Below, piece after piece: positions 40,673 through 53,200 of a stretch of 64,000 nt of DNA. The notes under the pieces were generated by a model, which saw nothing but the letters and a program-made list of their open reading frames with translations, was not told where the DNA came from and searched no databases. How positions within the stretch are numbered: the first letter of the stretch is position 1; the number at the start of each line of letters is the position of its first letter. A program made the position numbers and the translations under genes. The stretch comes from Octopus sinensis (lineage: Eukaryota). The stretch lies in contig NC_042998.1 of NCBI RefSeq assembly GCF_006345805.1, positions 104,656,001 through 104,720,000 on the forward strand, written 5' to 3'.

Positions 40673-41156
40673 CCTGTCTCTTTCTGTCTGTCTCTTTCAC
40701 TTTCTCTTTCTTTGTATATATGTATATATTGGCGTGTGTTTGTGTGTGTACGTATGTGAGCATGCATAGGACACCTATGATGAGCAGTCATATAATAAAC
40801 AACATTCTTTTACAATGGAATATAGACAAGAATGTTTAATGAATTAAAAAACTGAACAACTGCCAGTTCCCGTTCTGATTTTCATATATTAAATAAAATA
40901 GTCCTCCTTCTTTCCAGATGTCACTCCCTAAACCAACAAGAGACGGAGAGAAAGAGTTTGAGAGAAAAAGAGGTGGAGAATGAAGGAAGGATAGATAGAT
41001 AAATAGACAGTGAGAGAGAGACAGACAGACAGATTGAAAAAGAGAAAGGGAATACAGAGAGACATAATGAGGCAGACAGAGAAAGGGGTAGTGAGAGAGG
41101 GAGAGAGAAATAGAGAGAGACAGAGAGAGAGATTCTAAAATAATATTTTAACATAC

Positions 41157-41279
41157 CAACGTTAATCTTTTCCCAGGAATATTTACCACGTGATGTCTCC
41201 GTGCAGATTTGATTATAACAGGGGACTGGTGTTGCAACTACCGAACCAGGGAAATAACATGTACCGGAGTAAAAACATC
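41157..41279 (-). CDS. host-gene exon, 4-Cys module: GCFYSGTCYFPGSVVATPVPCYNQICTETSRGKYSWEKINV(G)
   Basis: tgtattttccag|GA ... TTG|gtatgt, 123 bp, phase 1-1. Confidence 0.88.
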
Positions 41280-41353
41280 CTGGAAAATACAAAGACAAAT
41301 ATGTAGTTATAGCTGTACATTTATACGCAGACACACAGACAAACGCACATATA

Positions 41354-41463
<110 letters not shown>

Positions 41464-41689
41464 TACACACATGCGCACACACACATACACACACACAGAC
41501 ACACACACACTCACACACACACAGATACACACACACACACACATATATATATATATGTATATATGTAAACTCCACCAAAGTTGACTGAGCCCTTTATTAT
41601 TTCGAGGTCAATAAAATAAGTACTAGTTAACAACAGAGCTCATATATTCGACCTAAATCTCGTTCTAAAATTTCAAACCAATATACATA

Positions 41690-42590
41690 AATGGTGTTGA
41701 GTTTATCGACACCGAAAGGATGAAAGGCAAAGTTGACCTCTTCGGAATTTGAACACATAACGTAAAGACAGACGAAATACTGATAAGCATCTCGCCCAGT
41801 TTGCTAACGTTTCTGTCAACTCGCTGCCTTTATGCATCAAAATTAATTCTTTTCTACTCTAGGCCCGAAATTTTTGGGGAGGGGAGCAGTCGATTAGATC
41901 AACTCCAGTGCGCAACTGGTGCTTAATTTATCGACATTGAAAGGATGAAAGGCAAAGTTGACCTCTTCGGAATTTGAACTTAGACCGTAAAGACACACTA
42001 AATACTTATAAGCATTTAGCCCGGCGTGCTAACGTTTCTGCCAGCTCGCCGCCTTCATACATCAAAATTACTAAGAAATAAAGTGTGGACGTTTGTGATA
42101 GTAATGGACATTTAACTATATTTGACAATAGAATATTTTGAGGTACATCAGCATAGAAATGTTGAAACTGAAAATGAATCACTGCTTTTATTCTTTTACT
42201 TGTCTCATTCATTTGGCTGTGGCCATGCTGGGACCTTTAGTCGAAGAAATCGACCGCAGGTTTTATTGTTTCTAAGCCTAGTACTTATTCCATCAGTCTC
42301 TTTTGTCGATCCGCTATTTGACGGGGACGAAATACACCAGGATCAGTTGTCAAGTGATGGTGGGTGATATATATACAGAACACACAGACAGAAACACGCA
42401 CACATATAGATATATATGTATGCGACGAGCTTTTTTCAGTTTCCGTCTACCAAATCCACTCACAAGGCTTTGGTCAGCCCTAGGCTATAGTAGAAGACAC
42501 TCGCCCAAGTTGCCACGCAGTGAGACTGAACTAGGAACCATGTGATTGGTAACTAAGCTACTTACCACACAGCTACTCCTGCGCCTTATG
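41690..42590 (-). mobile_element. cluster of tRNA-derived SINEs, duplicated at ~48030-48975; further pieces at 47150-47470 and 43150-43280
   Basis: Repeated TTTATCGACACCGAAAGGATGAAAGGCAAAGTTGACC units, and a SINE whose rc starts AGGCGCAGGAGTAGCTGTGTGGTAAG. Confidence 0.85.
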
Positions 42591-42794
42591 TGTAAAAAGC
42601 AAAATAAAATCATTGATGAAATGCTGAATTACTCATGAACATTACTTCGAATATATAACATTACTTTGTATATAGCAAATGTGTAGCACAAGAAAATGTT
42701 TATAACATACTACGTATTTCTATAGGAGTATATAGACAAAGACGAAAATGATGTCAGCGCGGAACCCAAGCATTACTGCACTTATATCCAATAC

Positions 42795-43143
42795 TAAATC
42801 ACTGAACGAGGTATAAACAGTAACTGCACGACAGGTATATTTGCCATCTCTATATGGCTAACCACTAAGGGTGGGTGTTACTGTAGCTTGTAGCCCCAGG
42901 AGAACATCTTCTCCAGCTGGCTTTAGGCACACTTTCTGTGCTCTTTCGTCATTTGCAAAGGGAGATCATCCTTCCCTCGTCAACTATGTGATACGCATGG
43001 ACCGCAGTTTCTGGTTCTTGACCCGTTATCAGCGTACGACAATCACCTGTTTTTGATGAAAGGAGTTCCCAATACAAATATTAATAACCTTTTTCCAGTA
43101 ACTATTCGTCACTGATCTTGAAAAAGTGCATACAAGCAATAAT
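42795..43143 (-). mobile_element. ~350-bp hammerhead-bearing repeat, one complete monomer
   Basis: Homologous to 49810-50072 and to 50087-50242 joined with 55221-55431. Confidence 0.85.
42988..43046 (-). ncRNA. type I hammerhead ribozyme, degenerate (core CUGAUAA, stem I mismatch)
   Basis: rc: GTGATTGTCGTACG CTGATAA CGGGTCAAGAACCA GAAAC TGCG GTC CATGCGTATCAC. Confidence 0.55.
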
Positions 43144-44003
43144 AGAGGAGGGGTGTGTCGATTAGATTGACCTCGGTACGCAACAGGTGCTGAGTTTTTC
43201 GACACCGAAAGGATGAAAGGCAAAGTTGACCTCTTCGGAATTTGAACTGTAAAGACAGACGAAATACTGCTAAGCATTAGCAATATATTTCGCTTGCATG
43301 ATCCGATGCTGTTTGCCCATGTCCAGATTGGAGTATTCGGGAAATACTGTTCGCCAGCTGGAAACGACTAAGGAGGATTCCGCAGCTTTCTTCTCCACTA
43401 GCCCCACCCAATGCACACATGCAACCAAAATGATGTTCCTAATCGCTAATTAATACTACAGAGAGAGACGTCCCTAGAAAGGCTTCCAAACCATTTTCTT
43501 CTTCTTCTTCTTCTGCTTCCTCTTCTTCAACTTTTTCTTCTTTTTCCTCTTCTTCTTTAATTTTTTCTTCTTCTTTTTTTGCTTCTTCTTCTACCTCTTC
43601 TTCTTTTTCTTTCTTCTTCTTCTTCTTCTCCTTTTTTCCCTTCTTTTTCCTTCTTCTTCTTCTTCTTCTACTTCTTCTCCTTTTTTCCCTTCTTTTTCCT
43701 TCTTCTTCTTCTTCTTCATCTTCTTCTTCTTCTACTTCTCCTTTTTTCCTTCTTCTTTTTCTTTCTTTCTTTCCTTCTTTCTTCTACTTCTCCTTTTTTC
43801 CCTTCTTTTTCTTTCTTTCTTTCTATTTCTTCTTCTTTTTCTTTCTTTCTTTCCTTCTTTCTTCTACTTCTCCTTTTTTCCCTTCTTTTTCTTTCTTTCT
43901 TTCTATTTCTTCTTCTTTTCTTCCCCTTCTTCTTCTTCTTGTCCTTTTTCCTCCTTCTTTTTCTTTCATTTCTTTCTTTCTTCTTCTTCTCCTTTTTTCC
44001 TTC

Positions 44004-44035
<32 letters not shown>

Positions 44036-45110
44036 CTCTTTTTTCCTTCTTTTTCTTTCATTTCTTCTTCTTCTCCTTTTTCCCTTCTTCTTCTTCTTCT
44101 TCTTCTTCTTCGTTTTCTTCTTCTGTATTTACTTCCTGCTATCTATTGCAAATCATGGTGTGGAGGACGGGGAGGTCCTCGTGCAAATTGCCGTACTGCC
44201 TTCCTTACACTTGCATTTCGTGGCCATCTTTCATGTTTGCTCTCTTCGAAGCAAATTTTCGAAGATTTTTCAAAGCAAAAAGCTTTCTGCAAAAAGCTCG
44301 AAAAGAGGTAAGAGAAAACTAGGCCGCTTGCTATTCATGGACGTCCTGAAGCTATACAAAAAAATAATCGTGGAAGAACTAAACAGTTTAGTCCAGTCTG
44401 CAGATTTTATCCAATGATATTCAAAAGGAGTTTGGACTCTCATAACGTGTTGCGATTGTGATGAGAAATGGAAAGCTTACGAAGACAGATTGGTGAAATG
44501 AAGGTAATTGAACCTCAATCTAGCTACAAATACCTGCCTCAAGGTAGAGGGAATCCAACGCCACGGCATGAAGGAAAAACAAAAAGAGAGTACCTGCGGC
44601 GAGTGAGAAAAATATTGACTTCAAAGCTGAATGCCAAAAAGAATGTTAGCAATAAACTCACGCCAGTCCATCACAGCGTTACTCATTTTTGCCAGCTGAG
44701 TGAACTGGAGCAACGTGAAATGAAGCGTTTTGCTGAAGAACACAACGCGTCGCCCGGTGCAGGAATCGAAACCAAACTCTTACGATCATGATGCTGACAC
44801 CCTAACCACTAAGCCACGCACCTCGACAAGCTTAAGTATTAACTGAATTGTTTTCCTAAACGTCCGACAATATTTCCTATGACTGGATACTGAAAACTCT
44901 AGAAATAGGCAAGATCTTTTCTGTAGCTTTTATCTTCGACGTAGTTTGCTAAGATAGTCATTTCCACAACGACGGGGTAATACAAACAAATAAAGTCTAC
45001 ATAAGCTGCCGACTTTCCAAGGGATATCTCTTGCTTTATAAATACTCTTCCACTTGCTTGTGAACCGAATATAACAGGGGTCAGCTACGAATTACAATAC
45101 AAAATGTATG

Positions 45111-45144
<34 letters not shown>

Positions 45145-45179
45145 TGTATGTATTATTTATGTATGTATCTATCTATCTA

Positions 45180-45229
<50 letters not shown>

Positions 45230-45689
45230 CCTGTCTCTTTCTGTCGGTCTCTCTGTCTGTCTCTTTCACTTTCTCTTTCTTTGTATATATGTATATATTG
45301 GCGTGTGTTTGTGTGTGTACGTATGTGAGCATGCATAGGACACCTATGATGAGCAGTCATATAATAAACAACATTCTTTTACAATGGAATATAGACAAGA
45401 ATGTTTAATGAATTAAAAAACTGAACAACTGCCAGTTCCCGTTCTGATTTTCATATATTAAATAAAATAGTCCTCCTTCTTTCCAGATGTCACTCCCTAA
45501 ACCAACAAGAGACGGAGAGAAAGAGTTTGAGAGAAAAAGAGGTGGAGAATGAAGGAAGGATAGATAGATAAATAGACAGAGAGAGAGAGACAGACAGACA
45601 GACAGATTGAAAAAGAGAGGGGGAGAGAAAGAGAGAGGGAATACAGAGAGACAGAATGAGGCAGACAGAGTAAGGGGTAGTGAGAGAGG

Positions 45690-45798
<109 letters not shown>

Positions 45799-45817
45799 AA
45801 ATAATATTCTAACATAC

Positions 45818-45940
45818 CAACGTTTTTCTTTTCCCAGGAATATGTACCATATGATGTCTTCCTGCAGGTTTGTTTATGACAGCGGACTGGTAATTGAACT
45901 ATCGAACCAGCGGGATAACATCTACCGGAGTAAAAACATC
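45818..45940 (-). CDS. host-gene exon, 4-Cys module: [41 protein letters not shown](G)
   Basis: tgtatctttcag|GA ... TTG|gtatgt, 123 bp, phase 1-1. Confidence 0.88.
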
Positions 45941-46035
45941 CTGAAAGATACAAAGACAAATATGTAGTTATAGCTGTACATTCATACGCAGACACACAGA
46001 CACATGCACACATACATATATATATATATATACAC

Positions 46036-46108
<73 letters not shown>

Positions 46109-46111
<3 letters not shown>

Positions 46112-46525
46112 TAAATAATTAGGGCTTAGTGAAATAAATTACTTTGCCACATACTGAACTTTCTAGAAATAGCAGCCAAAAAGTTTTCTAGCCATTTCCA
46201 CTACTTTAAGAAAATTTCTCTCAGATAATGTTTACTCAAAAATAACTCACGAAGATATGGAGGTAAAAACAGTAAAATATCACAAGTACAAAGATCATTT
46301 GAGAACGTCAACGTTTCTAGATTAGCCAAATAAAACTCAGCATTTCCTCAGCATTAATAACTAATTTTTACCTCCATATCTTCGTGAGTTATTTTTGAGT
46401 AAACATTATCTGAGAGAAATTTTCTTAAAGTAGTAGAAATGGCTAGAAAACTTCTTGGCTGCTATTTCTAGAAAGTTCAGTATGTGGCAAAGTAATTTAT
46501 TTTACTAAGCCCTAATTATATAATG
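46109..46525. mobile_element. 417-bp foldback MITE with ~160-bp TIRs and TA TSD
   Basis: 46109-46269 is the near-perfect rc of 46365-46525; TA|CATTAAATAATTAGGGC ... GCCCTAATTATATAATG|TA. Confidence 0.9.
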
Positions 46526-46635
46526 TAATATTTTGAATTCGCCTTAAATGGTCCTTTTACATACTGAACACTACTTTGGTAAAATTGATTAATAACTACA
46601 TAATTTTACCCTCAATTGTTGATATATATATATAC

Positions 46636-46786
<151 letters not shown>

Positions 46787-46948
46787 TCTATATATATATA
46801 TATATATATACAAGTAAATTCATTGGAATTAACTTGAATCTTAATTGTTTTGATTATATATATACATATATATATACATTATATATATATATATATATAT
46901 ATACATACACGCGCACACACACAGACACATGCACACACACACGCGCTC

Positions 46949-47004
<56 letters not shown>

Positions 47005-49608
47005 GTATATATGTAAACTCCACCAAAGTTGACTGAGCCCTTTATTATTTCGAGGTCAATAAAATAAGTACTAGTTAACATCACAGCTCAATATATTCGA
47101 CCTAAATCTCGTTCTAAAATTTCAAACCAATATACATTATATATATGTGGTGGGGACTAATGGCCAAGCAGTCATAACATCATGATTTCAGTTCCTAGAT
47201 CACATGATGCCTAGTGCTCTTAAGCGAAACACTTCATCTCACGTTGCTTCGCATCCACCTCGACGCCTGATAGGCGGTACATCGTTTACCTGTTCAGGCA
47301 AAATCGAGTTTGAGGACGAGAGAAATAAAGTGGTATAGAGAAAAAGAGGTAGAGGAAGAAAAATAAAGGACAGAGATAGAGTGAGAGGGAGAGAGACGCT
47401 TTACGTTATGTGTTCAAATTCCGAAGAGGTCAACTTTGCCTTTCATCCTTTCGGTGTCGATAAATTAAGTACCAGTTGCGCACTGGAGTTGATCTAAGAG
47501 TGATCGAACTGGTTATCTGAATTTGTAAGCGTGATCGAACTGGATATCTGAATTTGTAAAAATATATTATTTTGATAATTCAAAGTTGCACTGAAAGTTA
47601 ACTCATCACTTGCTGGTTGTCATATTCAAATATGCAGCAATCGATACACGTACACATTCATTAGCTGACACAGACACACAGTGTGCATGCATACATCCTG
47701 ACGCCATCGTATGCACACATACACATATACACTCAGTTGTTCGTGAAGGCCAGCAACAGAAAAATTCGTGGAATGACAAAAGAAAATGGCAAGAGAGGAA
47801 GAGAGGGATACAAAGAGAGGAGAGGAGGGATAGACAGAGACTAGTGTTTGTGTGTATGTGTGTGTGTGAAGAGCAGGAGGAAGAAGAGAATCCTCGTCTA
47901 ACTCCGAAAAATCTGAAACGATGAATTGAAAGTTCTTAGGGATAAGTCCTGCTTACGCACACACAGCGACGAGTACACAGAAACACATAAAATATGACGA
48001 AAAGAACATAAATTACTTATACATCAAAATTATTCTTTTCTACTCTAGGCATGAGGCCCGAAATTTTGAAGAGGGGGCCAATCGATTAGATTGACCCTAG
48101 TACGCAACTGGTGCTGAGTTTATCGACACCGAAAGGATGAAAGTTGACCTCTTCGGAATTTGAACTCATAACGTAAAGACAGACGAAATACTGATAAGCA
48201 TTTCGCCCAGTTTGCTAACGTTTCTGTCAACTCGCTGCCTTTATGCATCAAAATTAATTCTTTTCTACTCTAGGCCCAAAATTTTTGGGGAGGGGAGCAG
48301 TCGATTAGATCAACTCCAGTGCGCAACTGGTACTTAATTTATCGACACTGAAAGGATGAAAGGCAAAGTTGACCTCTTCGGAATTTGAACTTAGACCGTA
48401 AAGACACACTAAATACTTATAAGCATTTAGCCCGGCGTGCTAACGTTTCTGCCAGCTCGTCGCCTTCATACATCAAAATTACTAAGAAAATAATTGTGGA
48501 CGTTCTGTGATAGTAATGGGACATTTAACTATATTTGACAATAGAATATTTTGAGGTACCATCAGCATAGAAATGTTGAAACTGAAAATGAATCACTGCT
48601 TTTATTCTTTTACTTGTCTCATTCATTTGGCTGTGGCCATGCTGGGACCTTTAGTCGAAGAAATCGACCGCAGGTCTTATTGTTTCTAAGCCTAGTACTT
48701 ATTTCATCAGTCTCTTTTGTCGAACCGCTATTTGACGGGGACGAAATACACCAGGATATATATACAGACACACAGACAAAAACACGCACACATATAGATA
48801 TATATGTATGCGACGAGCTTTTTTCAGTTTCCGTCTACCAAATCCACTCACAAGGCTTTGGTCAGCCCTAGGCTATAGTAGAAGACACTCGCCCAAGGTA
48901 CCACGCAGTGAGACTGAACCAGGAACCATGTGGTTGGTAACCAAGCTACTTACCACACAGCTACTCCTGCGCCTTATGTGTAAAAAGCAAAATAAAATCA
49001 TTGATGAAATGCTGAATTACTCATGAACATTACTTCGAATATATAACATTACTTTGTATGTAGCAAATGTGTAGCACAAGAAAATGTTTATAACATACTA
49101 CGTATTTCTATATGAGGATATAGACAAAGACGAAAATGATGTCAGCGCGGAACCGAACATTACTGTACTTAGTAAATGACTTTTGTTCAATGTTCCGGCT
49201 GATTATGCGATAGACTGCCCCATACAAATAGTAAAATATCTTATCAATCAATGAATATCGTTTTCAGATTTTGGCACAAGGTTATAAGTTTTGGCGGAGG
49301 AGTAAGTCGAATATATCTACTTCAGAGTGTAAAAGGTATTCATTTTACCGACCACGAAAACAACAACAACAACAAAAAAGAAAACAAAACAAACCAAGGT
49401 CGACTTTGGACTCGACACATTAAGATGTGCGAAATGCCTCTAAGCATTTGGCCTGGTGTGCTAACGAATCTGCCAGTTCGCCGTCTTACATTAAGAGGAT
49501 GAGTATTGCTTCTAATATTGCTTTTCTTGAAGTATTAATCTATTGTTGCAAATTATGGCATGCGTTTTATGATAAAAGTTTTGAAAGACAATATCCGTAC
49601 AAACCTAC

Positions 49609-49719
49609 CGGTCACTTCACGTCGCACATTTCCTCTTTCTTCACAAATGTATTGCAAGCAACGTGAAGCTGATTCTATTCTTGTTCCATATACCTGGCAA
49701 ATCCCATTCATCATGCAAC
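49609..49719 (-). CDS. host-gene exon, divergent 4-Cys module: GCMMNGICQVYGTRIESASRCLQYICEERGNVRREVT(G)
   Basis: tttcaacttacag|GT ... CCG|gtaggt, 111 bp, phase 1-1, same C-x5-C-x12-C-x4-C spacing without recognisable DNA similarity to the 123-bp exons. Confidence 0.78.
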
Positions 49720-49809
49720 CTGTAAGTTGAAAGAAATACGATAAATTTTGTTTATATCAGAAACAGTCTGTGATATGTAGTGTTGCAATTATAGCACAAC
49801 AACTATATA

Positions 49810-50072
49810 TCCAATAATAAATCTCTGAACGAGGTATAAACAGTAACTGCACGACAGGTATATTTGCCATCTCTATATGGCTAACCACTAAGGGTGGGTG
49901 TTTCTGTAGCTCGTAGCCCCAGGAGAACATCTTCTCCAGCTGGCTTTAGGCACACTTTCTGTGCCCTTTCGTTATTTGCAAAGGGAGATCATCCTTCCCT
50001 CGTCAACTAAGTGATACGCACGGACCGCAGTTTCTGGGTCTTGACCCGTCATCAGCGTACGACAATCACCGG
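49810..50072 (-). mobile_element. hammerhead repeat, partial inverted copy
   Basis: Paralogue of 42795-43055; breaks off at CCGG of the repeat's ATCGAAAACCGGTG site. Confidence 0.85.
50011..50069 (-). ncRNA. minimal type I hammerhead ribozyme (best-formed copy)
   Basis: rc: GTGAT TGT CGTACG CTGATGA C GGGT CAAG ACCC A GAAAC TGCG GTC/CGTGCG T ATCAC. Stems I, II and III can all be drawn, and the predicted cleavage site is between 50023 and 50022. The C10.1-A11.1 pair is non-canonical. Confidence 0.72.
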
Positions 50073-50086
50073 CAATATACCTCACT

Positions 50087-50242
50087 GGCAAATATACCTC
50101 ACATTGTCGTGCAGTTACTGTTTATACCTCGTTCAGAGATTAATTATTGCTTGTATACACATTTTCAAGATCAGTGACGAATAGTTACTGGAAAAAGGAT
50201 ATTAATATTTGCATTGGGAACTCCTTTCATCGAAAACCGGTG
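50087..50242 (+). mobile_element. hammerhead repeat, left part of the copy interrupted by Tx1
   Basis: From ~50118 matches the rc of 43046-43143 joined to 42795-42830; ends in the TSD ATCGAAAACCGGTG (50229-50242). Confidence 0.85.
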
Positions 50243-53200
50243 TTTTGACTCGTCTAGGGACCCCTCTTTCATCTGCGTATTGAGAAGTTAGCTGCCTATT
50301 TTGTTGAGTGAGTTCGTTTTTTGTTCGTCGTTGTTTGTGTTTGCTCGTGAATTGAACAGTTGTCCGTTGTGTGACAGTAATTTTCGCCCTACGGGTCTGA
50401 AAATTCTATGTATAAACATTGTTATTACCTTCAGGGTAATTTTTTTTTTTATTGAAAAATTGGTTCTCATAATTTGAGAAATGGAGTTCGACTTGGCGTC
50501 GAGGAGCGACTTTCCCGTGATGGGAAAAGGCGAACAGAAGGATATCGAGGTTAAAAAACAGTCTTTTTCGGCCGCAGTGGGCGGAACCATAACGGAAGTA
50601 GAATTTAAAATAGAACAGTTGTTCGAATACCGGAACTTGGTAGAAAAGGAAGGCAACGAAATTAAACTGGTACCGCCGCAAGCGATATTACAGGAAATAA
50701 AGGCTAAGACAGTCGTATACAAGGTTTACAGTAACAAAGAGAAAAAAATAATGGACGTGAAGAACGAAATAGTAGAGAAGTGTTTGTCCCCGGTGTGGAG
50801 CAAAATTCGCTACGTCGGTCGAGGTGCCCGCAGCGCTACCGTTGAAGCACATTTCGACTCGGCTGATGTGGCAAGAGAGATTTCATCGATGACCTTAAAA
50901 AGTGAGGACATCATGTTACTACCTACATATATGGGAAAAAGAACTGCGAAACTATATGTGGAAGACATTCCAAGAGGATATGATATAATGTGGGTAGCAG
51001 CGGCGGTTCTGCACGACGTAGAGCAGAAAGTCTCAATTCTGCAGATGAAAAGGTAAACTGGAAGGGACAAGCGCTCAAACTCCTCGTTCAAGCAGAAAAT
51101 AATGTGCTAGAAAACTTACCCGATAGGGTATTTATTGAGGAGGGAATTACAATGAGAGTGTCAGTGGAGGGGCGCAGACCTAGGTGTTTCAAATGTGGTG
51201 AAAAGGATCACGTCCGCTCGAACTGCATAAAAAAAAGAAAAACAGCGAAGCCCCTCCTCAAAGTGCTTCAAACACAGAAAAAGACCCCAAGACTGCGACA
51301 AGGAAGGGAATCGAAACGGAAGATAAAAATGAACAAATGGAATTTACTCAGGTGACACACAAAAGAAAAAAAGAAAATACCCTGGACTCCCCTCCCCAAA
51401 CAAAGAAAAAATCAGCAAACACCGCAGAGATACATACAAAAAAAATTCCCCAGCCCTACCCCCACGGCACTATATTCATTGGAACACAGTTCGCCAAGCC
51501 CCTCCCCATAAAACAAGATTGGAAAAAATTGATTAAAAAAAATGAAAAGGTTGTAGCATTCGACGAGAAAAATGATAGAGTGTTCAAGTATTTTAAAATT
51601 TCAAAACTGAAATTATTCAGTAAGTCTGCAGACACTAAGTCAAACACTCCAAGAACATTTAAAAAATAACCTTATCAGAGACGTTACTAACGAAATACTG
51701 GAGGGTAAACTTACTATAACCCCGGCAACCACACCTACCCAGAGCCCGATGGCAACACCGGTTAAGAGCCCTGCAGCTACGACCACAAGGGAGGAAGAAG
51801 GGGAAGCATGCAGATTTAAACTGTCATGCTCCCTGTCCCAACCGTAAGTTCTTTTTTCTCTCTCTCCGACAATGGCAAAGCTGGGTTGTGTGAATGTGCG
51901 TGGAACGGGGTCGAAATGGAAACAAATTTATCTCCTGAACGACCTCACGACACACGGAGTGGACGTAGCTATTGTAACCGAGTCCAAGATGAACGGGGCC
52001 CAAGCGTTCTCGCCTCTTCTAAATGGTTTCGAGAAATTTATTTCTCCTAGCCGAGGAAGAGGAAGGGACATGGCAGTCCTTATCAGGAAGAGCTTGGACT
52101 TGCTGTTAAGTACTGTCTTTCTGGACCTAGAAGGCAGGCTGGTCGTTCTGGATGTAACTCACGTAAGTAAACAGTCCTTCTGATTGGTAGCTGTCTACGC
52201 TCCGAATGAGAATAGGCAGGGGGGTTTTTTTCGGAATCTGGAGCACTTTTTAGTGACGTCGAAAACGACGACTTTAACACTGTCCTCGAAGCGCGGGTCG
52301 ACAGTGTTGGCTCAGCCAATAGGAAGGGGAACCCTAGCCTCAAGAGTCTACTAGAGAGCTTTAATCTAGTAGACCGTTATCGACTGGATGAGCCGAGCGT
52401 TCCACAGTGGACGTGGAGTAACAACGACGGCTCACGCAGATCGTATATAGATAGGATATTCGTTAGGAAAAGAGATAAGGATACGTTTAGTTGTCCACAG
52501 TTTCACATTGTGCCTTACACGGATCACAATTTTGTGACTTGTAGGGTGCAATTAGATAAGTGTCATAGACAGGGACCCGGGTACTGGAAGCTGAACAAGT
52601 CTATTTTGAATTGTGAAGACTTCCGTACCCGGATTAAGGTGTTAGTACAGAGGGCATTATGTGGCACCATCATTAACAATAGATGGTGGCACTCCCTCAA
52701 AAGAGCCATTCGTTCAGAGTTCATTAGATTTAGCAATCAGCTAAGGTTAGATAGGTTTAGGACAGAGGACGATTTAGTTAAGAATCTAAACGAGGCAATG
52801 GAATCTGGCTCTGCATCCGGAGTGATGGCGGCAAGGACGGTATTGTACCATCACCTTAACTCCAAACACGAAGGTTGCAGAGTTAGAGCTAAGCGACGCG
52901 CAGGGAAACGAGAAGGTATTAACGTTGCCGGATGGGCCCGTCGAGTGGAGAGTCAGAGAGGCAACAAAGCTTCAATCAAGTCTTTAACTGACGAACAGGG
53001 ACACAAGATCTATGGACAGGAGGAGATGCAAAAGTTTCTTCATCAGCATTTCGCCCGCGCGTTCGGGGGTGGTGGTTCGCTGGATCGGGGGAGGGCCTTA
53101 AAGGACTTCCTAGCCGGCGGACCGCGGCTCGCGGGACGTGAGGTGGAGTGCTGTGAAGGAGCGATCACTCCCGCGGAGATAGAGGGGGTACTGGCCGGAT

